Part shown: positions 54,828-64,000 of the stretch, piece by piece
Layout: the number at the start of each line of letters is the position of its first letter
How positions within the stretch are numbered: the first letter of the stretch is position 1
NCBI GenBank assembly: GCA_965112735.1
Contig: OZ218956.1
Span: 2,356,001 to 2,420,000, forward strand
Direction: 5' to 3'
DNA length: 64,000 bases
Origin: Phaeosaccion multiseriatum
Taxonomy: Eukaryota > Protista > Ochrophyta, other classes
Position numbers and translations under genes: made by a program
Notes under the pieces: generated by a model
Databases searched by the model: none
Seen by the model: only the letters and a program-made list of their open reading frames with translations
Told to the model about the DNA's origin: nothing

Positions 54828-57010
54828 TCGGTCGCCACCACTGATATATATATATGCATGTCCGAGAGGAACAGCGTTTGTATATGCGTGATAACTATGA
54901 GTGCGGAGGGAGAGGGAAAGGAGGCTCGAGGGGGCGGAGGCGGATGCATCATCATCGCCATGTTCGTCATCCAGTCCAGCGTCGCCAGCCATGCGTCTCT
55001 CTTCGCCCGGGGGGGCGCTGGCCTTGAGCTCTGCGAAGGGCGAAGGTGTAATTCAGCAGAGTGTACAGCGCGCTACACATCGTCAACACGACGCCCGTTC
55101 TATCTATCGCTCAGCGATGTTTTGGAGTCGAGGGGGGGAGGGGGAATATACACAGCGGAGGCTACGCAAGCACGGCTATGAGAGGCACCACAAGCATGGA
55201 TGGCGCTCGACGCAACAGACCAAGTTGCGTTTCTTCTTCTTGTGGCCGGTGTCCCGTGTTGTTACCAGCGGAGAGAGAGGGACAAGAGAGCCCTCTCGCA
55301 GTTTTTGAAAAACAAGACCGACACAACCCGCCTGTGTCGGTTGGTGTCTGGTGCCATATACCACCTATTGCGGAGCCGTGTGGTGGTCTGTCCCGGGTAC
55401 AAGAGTGGAGAGGAGGAGTGTGCCCAATCACCTTGAGGATGCATGGACGCACGCACGCACGCACGCACGCACGGACGGACGGACTGACAAAAAGGTGGAA
55501 GAAGGACGCACAAGCGGTAGAGAAGTGTGGCAGCAAGTGGGTGGCATTGGGCGGGCGAGAGGGTAGGACGGGGTGGTGAGAACGCGTGTCACCGACTGAG
55601 TAGGGAGGGCTTGCTTGCTTGCACGCTCTGCTGGTCACACTGCTGTCAGCTCAGCCCAAGCAGTCATGCATTCCCTTGACATACGAGCGCGCCAGGGCCG
55701 CCCCTGCTGCAGGCAAGTAAGTAGTATAGGCATTGGGGGGTATAGTATGAAGTATCAAGAAAGGAGGACGGGACGGAAGTTTTAGACACAGCAGTGCGAG
55801 TGAGAATCTCGGGTTTGTTCGTCTCTATCCGTCTGAAGCCACATGTAGCGAGATGCATGCAGAATAGATAGAAAGTAGATAGAAAATAGATAGCAGAACA
55901 GGTGAAGGGGAGGGTGGGTGTGGGGGTGTATAATGTGCCCCCAATTGTTTTTAGGTCGTACGATACAATAGTTGGTTTACGTAAGCCCAAAGGAGATAAA
56001 CTGATTATAAAAGGAGAGCGAATTCCTCTGGTGACACTAGCACGAGCGGCCCTCCCACAAGGAAGAGCGTTCAACAGAATTGTTTTAGTAAGATCTTAAC
56101 GTCAGTAGGAGTAAGGTGAAATCGTATAGACACAAAACTCTAGTAACCATCGGAGAACAGATGGTTATAGACCTGCTCGTCGAAGGCTCTTCTTTAATGA
56201 ATTACACAGCTACCCTGTGAGTTGCGATTGTGTGCCTCTTGCCTCTTGCCTCTTCACGGCAGAGCCGTGGGCAGAGCCGTGGGCAGAGCCGTGGGCAGAG
56301 CCAGCTCTGTGGGATGTGCGCGGCGTGTGTGCGCGCGCGTGCGTCTGTGCGTGTTCCATCCGTCGTCGGAGGAGCCTCAGCAAATGAGAAACACGATGAG
56401 CAGCAGACCCGCACGCGACGAATGACGTCAGACCGTCACAGGGTCCCTGCACTGTCACTGTATCACCAACTGCTGCTACTGCTACTAGTGCTGCTGGTCT
56501 GCAGGAAGAAGCACAATGGCGACAGAGCACTCTGCAAGGAGGGGCATACGGGTGGCACCAGCGCAGCCTCAGATGGCCTCCACGAGTGAAGCAAGCGAAG
56601 CAAACGAAGCAAGCGGGTGGGTGCAAGCGGTGGCCGACGCTTTGTTACTCGGCCTGCTGCTGCTGCTGCTGCTGCTGCTGTGGAGTCACCGACCGATCAG
56701 ACCGCTCGATGCCCATCGCTGCCCACGGGCTGCCCATGGCTGCAAGTCAGTCCAGTCCGTCGCGGAGGATGGATGAGCAGTAGACTGATGGGGCAGTGTG
56801 TTCTCTGACGCGTGGCGCAGTCTCAGGCGCCTACCCCAACCCTTGGTTCTCGTTCTCCCTTCCTGACTACTCATCTCCGACTGCTGCTACTGTTTCTTCT
56901 CTTTCAGCTGCTGCTACTGCCTCTACTTCTTCCACTGCAGCTGCCGCAGGTGCGCCTTGCTCTGCTTCCACTACTGGGTCTTTTGTTCCAGCTGGCTGCT
57001 CTGCTGATGG

Positions 57011-58598
57011 TCAGGATGAGGATACCTCTCCCCCTGCTTCGAGGGTGACCCCTGATGAGGCGACCCCCACCCCTTGTCCTGCCTCTGCCCCAGCCCCTCC
57101 TGCTGCTGCTTCTCCCTCCCCCCCGTCGACCGCGGTAGCAGAAATGTCGCCCGAGTCCTCGCCAGACCCCACTGCTTGCACTGTCACTGCGTCCACTGCT
57201 GTCTCGTCTGCCCCATCTTTCTCGGCTACTGCTGTCTGCTGCCGAGCTGCCTCTGCCTTCATGATAGCGGGTTGGCTGCTCAGCAAGTGCTCTGCACTGT
57301 GTTGAATTGCCACCTCAGCCGCGGTTTGGCCGTCTTTGTTGGTGACAGTGTAGTCAAAGCCGGGCTGCCGTAGGAGGAATTGCACCACATCACTCCGTCC
57401 GAGCTTGAGTGCGATGTGCATGAGGGTACCTCCGTCTGAGTTTGTGTGGGTCCGGCGTGATTGAGGCCAGCCAGAGAGTCAGAGAGAGGGGGGGGGGGGA
57501 GAGAGAAGGGCCAAGAAAGACGAGGGGGAGAGGGGGGGAAGTAGAGAAGAGAGAGAATCTCAAAGACGAGAGGGGGAGGGAGAGAGAGAGAGAGTGAGAG
57601 AGAGAAGGGGAGAGAGAGGGGAAGAGAGTGAGAAAGAGAGGGAGGGGGGGGGGGGAGAAAGAGAGGGAGGAGAGTGAGGAAGGGAGTGAGAAGAGAGAAG
57701 AGAAAGAGAGAGAGAGACGCTGACTCGCGTGTAGTTAGTGCACGTATCAGGCCACCGATAACCTTCAGCCGTGATACAAGGGGTTGCTGACGCAGTCACA
57801 CCATACCACCCTTCCACAAAACAGCAGCGCCTGGACCAAGCCACCAGCCAAGCCAAGTAACGTACTCGTGTGCATGCGTGCGTGTAAGTCTGTGCGTGCG
57901 CGTACCTTGCACTTTGGGGGAGCTGCCGGCATTACAGGCTCGCCACATCTCGCCCTCAGCCTCCACCTCGTACTCGCTCCCGAACCAGCGCTTGGTGTGG
58001 ACTACTCCGGCAAACCACACCTTTTCCTTAATCTCCGCGACAGAGAGGCACGGAAGGCACTGCACCAGCCATGGAGATGAGAAGGAGGAGGATGAGGATG
58101 ACAGGGGATGGAGAAGGGGGGAGAGGAGGAGGGCGAGCATGAAGAGGAGACCGAGCTCGTGCCACCTGCCCTTCATTCCCCTTTATTTTCGCACAGCACA
58201 TCCAAGATCCAGATTTTGAGACCTGTATGGGGCGCGTGAGCTCCTTGTCCTCCCAAGCGGCGTAGCTGCCGAGGAGGGCGGTGGGGGCGCATCGGAAGGG
58301 GAGGGAAGGGAGAGCATGAGCAGTGTGTGTCAGCAGCAGCAGACAGGGGATTGCTTCCCTTGCTCAGCGCTTCGGGTGCTTTGCCCACAGGGAGATTCGA
58401 TAGAGACTGGGTGACTAACCCTGTGCAGGCTTTACTTCTTCACCAAATAAAAGCAAGGGCGGCTCACCGAAAGTTGATGTCCGCCGACGCGTCCAAAAGA
58501 TCTTGGGCCCTAACCATCTGCTCGTCCCTTAGAGAGGCGAAGAGCTGCATCTCCAAGTCGGGAGCCAAGGAGGTGTCGCTACTTCCGCAGTTCCCCAT
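57011..58598 (-). CDS. Small ankyrin-repeat protein with an MGNCGS dual-acylation motif; exons 58598-58468, 58265-58223, 58059-57906, 57435-57011
   Basis: LLDASADINFR ... DGGTLMHIALKLGRSDVVQFLLRQPGFDYTVTNKDGQTAAEVA matches the ankyrin consensus. All three junctions are GT-AG and phase-compatible (2, 0, 1). Confidence 0.75.
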
Positions 58599-61500
58599 CC
58601 TAAAGGGGAGGGGGGGAAAGGATTTGCCCTACAGACGACACGACAAGAGAAAGCTGTAGAGGGTTGAAGGCGTTCCCCTGCTTCTCCATTTCCTTCTTCC
58701 TCTCTCTCCTGTTCGCTGCCCTGTCTCGACGTGTCTGTTATATTATCTTCGCCTTTTTTTCACCTTATGGTCGGTTGCAGTTTCAGCCCGAGGGGGGGGG
58801 GGGGGGCGGACGGACGGTGTATCAACAACCCCCACAACTATAAACAATGTCTGGTCAGCAAAGCTAGAAGAGGATTTCTGGTAGCATGAGCTGTAGCGTG
58901 TAGGATCACTTGCACGTGGCAAGCATCTGTGTAGCAGCAGGGTCGGAGGCAGGATCAGGAGGGAAAGTAAAAATAAAAAGGAGGAGGCGAACGGGCTACC
59001 GTATCACGGGCCACCATTTCCGTCCGCCTGATAAGAGGTAAAAGGATTATTTGAAGCATCAGCAGTAGCAGTAGCTTTATCTGTACGTCGCAAACACCTG
59101 AATAGGAGCGGAACCAGAGGCAGGAGCAGGAGGGAAAATAAAGTAAAGGAGGAGAGGAGGTGGAGCAGAGGAGGTGGAGAAGTAAAGACCAAGAGAAAAA
59201 GGAGGAGAAAGAAGCACCCAGCGGAGCATCAGCAGCCGCAGTAGTAGCAGCGCCGACAGTGGCGTCGCAAAATAATGTCTGCACCATTGCAGCAGCAGGG
59301 CCAGCGCAGGATGCAGGGCCAGCGCATGATATCGGAACGAGAGGGAGACGGAACGTTTTCAACAAAGAGGAGCAGCGAAGGACCAGCAGCAGCGGGCAGG
59401 CACGAGCAAGGCCTACTCGACGGAGCGAGGAGGGAAAGGCAGGCCCAGCAGTGGGCAGGGATAGTACCACAAGCAGGCTGAGGGAGAATGGGGGGGGGGG
59501 GTAAAGGCCCCTTACCCCCACCATGATACTATATCAGCACCGGATGGAGTGGCGTGCAGATGCGAAGCGACGCAACTCCCAGCCTGCAGGCAAGTGAAGC
59601 AGGATAGAACCAGCCAGAGCGCAGCACAGCGCAGAGCGGGGGGGGAGGGGGGCACGCGAGGACCGGGCCGTCACGGGCGCGCAGCTATCCGTCGTGTCGT
59701 CCCGAAAAAAGTCGAGATAGTCGATTTTAAAACTCGTGACACGGCGAGGGACACGGCTTTTTTTTCAAACAACAACATATATTCTGCTCCACCTGCTTCA
59801 CCTGTCATTCGGCACCAAACCACCACAAACCCGATCCAAACCCCTTGTATATCACGTCCACAGGAGCGAAATTCTTGCCCAGCTGTCTTTGTACTCCGCG
59901 AACGAGTGCGTAGGAGGCCCAAAAACAGACAACAGCGGAGCGGGATTTGCGCCGAGGAGCTTTGATAGGTAGGCGGCTGGCAACAAAAAAAAGGTGTGAG
60001 AGGGAAGAGGGCGATAAAAAACAGGAAGAGCTAGAGCAGTGGGGCGAGGAGGCGGATGGGGAGACGGACGAAGAGCGCGCACAACAGACAACAGAGCAGC
60101 ACAGAGCAAGGGCGAGACGAGCGTCGGCTCGAAGAGGGCAGGGAAGCCGCCTTCAAGGAGGCAGGCGATCGTTGATTGTAGGCTGGCTACTGTTTCTCGG
60201 CTGGGGACTGGCCACTGCAGCCATGAAGAGCTCGACAGCGGATTGCAAGTCCGGCAGCAGTGCGCGAAGCCGGGGGGGGACGAAGAGGAGGAGGACGGCA
60301 TCTGCCAGCCTTGACGAAGAGGACAGGGCGAGTTGGAGCTGGAGCCCGAGCACCTTCCCCAGCTGTGCGCCGGCAGCAACACATACACACAACGGTAGGA
60401 TTCTCTTCAGCAGGATCTTGCGGCACCAAGACTTGGGACTCATGGTGGGCAGGGGGGGGGGCGGCGTGCAACGGAGGATAGGAGGAGGGCCAGGGGAGAC
60501 CCGTCCCTCTACGTCTTTACCGGACAAGAGCAAGACTGTTCGCCCCTCTCCAGCTCCACCGCAGAAGGCCACAGATACAAAGGCCAGTGCAGCACTGCGG
60601 TGGAGAGCGAATGTGCTATTGAAGCACGCCTGCAGGAAGGGGAAGGGGAGAGGATGGGCTTCCCTTGCGACAATGGTGCTGGTGCTGCTGATGCTGACGG
60701 GGAGGACGGCAATGATACCAGTACTACCAGCCTTGCAGCAGAGGCGTCATCATCAGAGCCTCAGGCGCAATCGGCCGCTGCAGCAGCCCCTCCTTCATCA
60801 CCACAATCGCCCCTCCCAGCGCGCAGGACGCCTGCCGTTTCGCCCTCTTTTCCCTCCCGGCGGAGGCTGGCCTTACCGACTGCAGCGCCGAGTCCACGGG
60901 TGGTTGAGAAGGTCTGGGGGGGGGACTGCTGCGACGCTGAGGGCGAGGGCTCGCGCTCCTCGGACTCTGCTTTGGCTGCAAAGATGTCAAGTGGCAAGGA
61001 GCGAAGCGTCGAATCATGTTGAGAGATCACAAGGCGCTTGTCGGTATGGAAGAGAGGGGGGGGGGGGTCTCGGAGGGATGTGTTATTTGTTATTAGAAGA
61101 AGGCGTGAAAGGATTAGAGGGTAATTAGAGGTTAGAGTGTGATTAGAGAGAAGGGGGGGGGGGCATGCGTAGGAGGACACATGTTCCAAACGGGCAGGGA
61201 TCCCCATTTATATGTATGTCCCGTTCTGCGCGAGAGAGCCAGAGAGGGGACACACACACAACAACGAGTGCTGTCCACAACACACTCCGCCACTTGAGAA
61301 TTTGGCGTGGCCTGCCGGAATGGCCATGGCGTGTGCGTGTGGTGAGTTAAGTGCCTTTGGGCCTTACGTACTACTTGGTACAAAGTACTTCAAGTATATG
61401 GAATGGGATGTGGTGCGGTAGTGAGAGTAGTTAGTTAGTGCCCGGCAGCAGCGACAACGCAGCGCCAAGGAGGGTTAAGGAGGTATTGAACGATTGATTG

Positions 61501-61906
61501 GTTACCCGACAAGCAAGTTTGTTGTGGCGACACACTTCTAAGTTAAAGGTCATCAGTCATGAACATTACTATAGTGTACAGTCAGGTACCGCACTTTGCA
61601 ATCCTCTTTACAACTGTAGTCAGTTACCACACTCGTCGTCCACTTGCAGACACACCCACACACTCACAAGCTAACTCCATGAGCCCTGCCAGGAGCGGAC
61701 GGGGAGGTGGTTCGAGCAGACTACCCCAGCGCCGTCCTGCTGGGCTTCACCGTTTGACAGCAAGCATTAACCGCAGCCGAAGTGGGGCCTATTCATCTAT
61801 CTCGCCGCTCCTGCTGCTCTCTCTTTTACAGGCGAGGTGGTGGTGGTGGTGGTGGTGGTGGTGTCGATGGTGGTGGTCGTGATGGGGTTGGCTGGTGGTG
61901 ATGGTG

Positions 61907-64000
<2,094 letters not shown>

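Noticed and set aside
55700-56200. AT-richer island as a transposon remnant
   Set aside because: No terminal repeats, TSD or transposase motifs were recognisable.
57760-57830. Possible extra ankyrin-gene exon (ALLFCGR..)
   Set aside because: It is phase-incompatible or hits stops; the direct 57906-to-57435 splice restores DGGTLMH.
59947-61128. 393-aa ORF as a gene
   Set aside because: It has a non-ATG start and an R/S/W-rich shadow-frame composition, with no domain.

Overview
Gene-dense eukaryotic genomic DNA from a flagellated alga. An ochrophyte/stramenopile is the most plausible source, inferred from a lipoyl synthase with a signal peptide followed by Phe and a transit-like segment. Introns are spliceosomal and packed with microsatellites, so most long ORFs in the six-frame track are repeat artefacts. 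Genes I can support, in order: the 3' 25 exons of an axonemal inner-arm (DNAH6-like) dynein heavy chain (+); a DNAAF9/Shulin (C20orf194) homologue (-); an N-myristoylation-motif EF-hand protein (+); PRMT7 (-); a signal-peptide PhyH-family Fe(II)/2OG dioxygenase (-); a probably plastid-targeted lipoyl synthase (+); a SHIPPO/ODF3-type PGPG-repeat protein (-); a multi-RRM protein (+); an MGNCGS ankyrin protein (-); and the 3' end of an unknown polyglycine protein (-). The most unusual signals are four. (1) A fixed 9-nt core, TTGGTGATA, embedded in (CAG)n runs recurs about 17 times across unrelated genes, on both strands and in different reading frames. (2) Intron microsatellites multimerise splice signals or are complementary between the two intron ends, often replacing the polypyrimidine tract. 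(3) Several ciliary genes are neighbours. (4) There are extreme triplet tracts: about 310 intronic GAA and about 155 in-frame Gly codons. All family calls come from motif recognition by eye; no database search was run.
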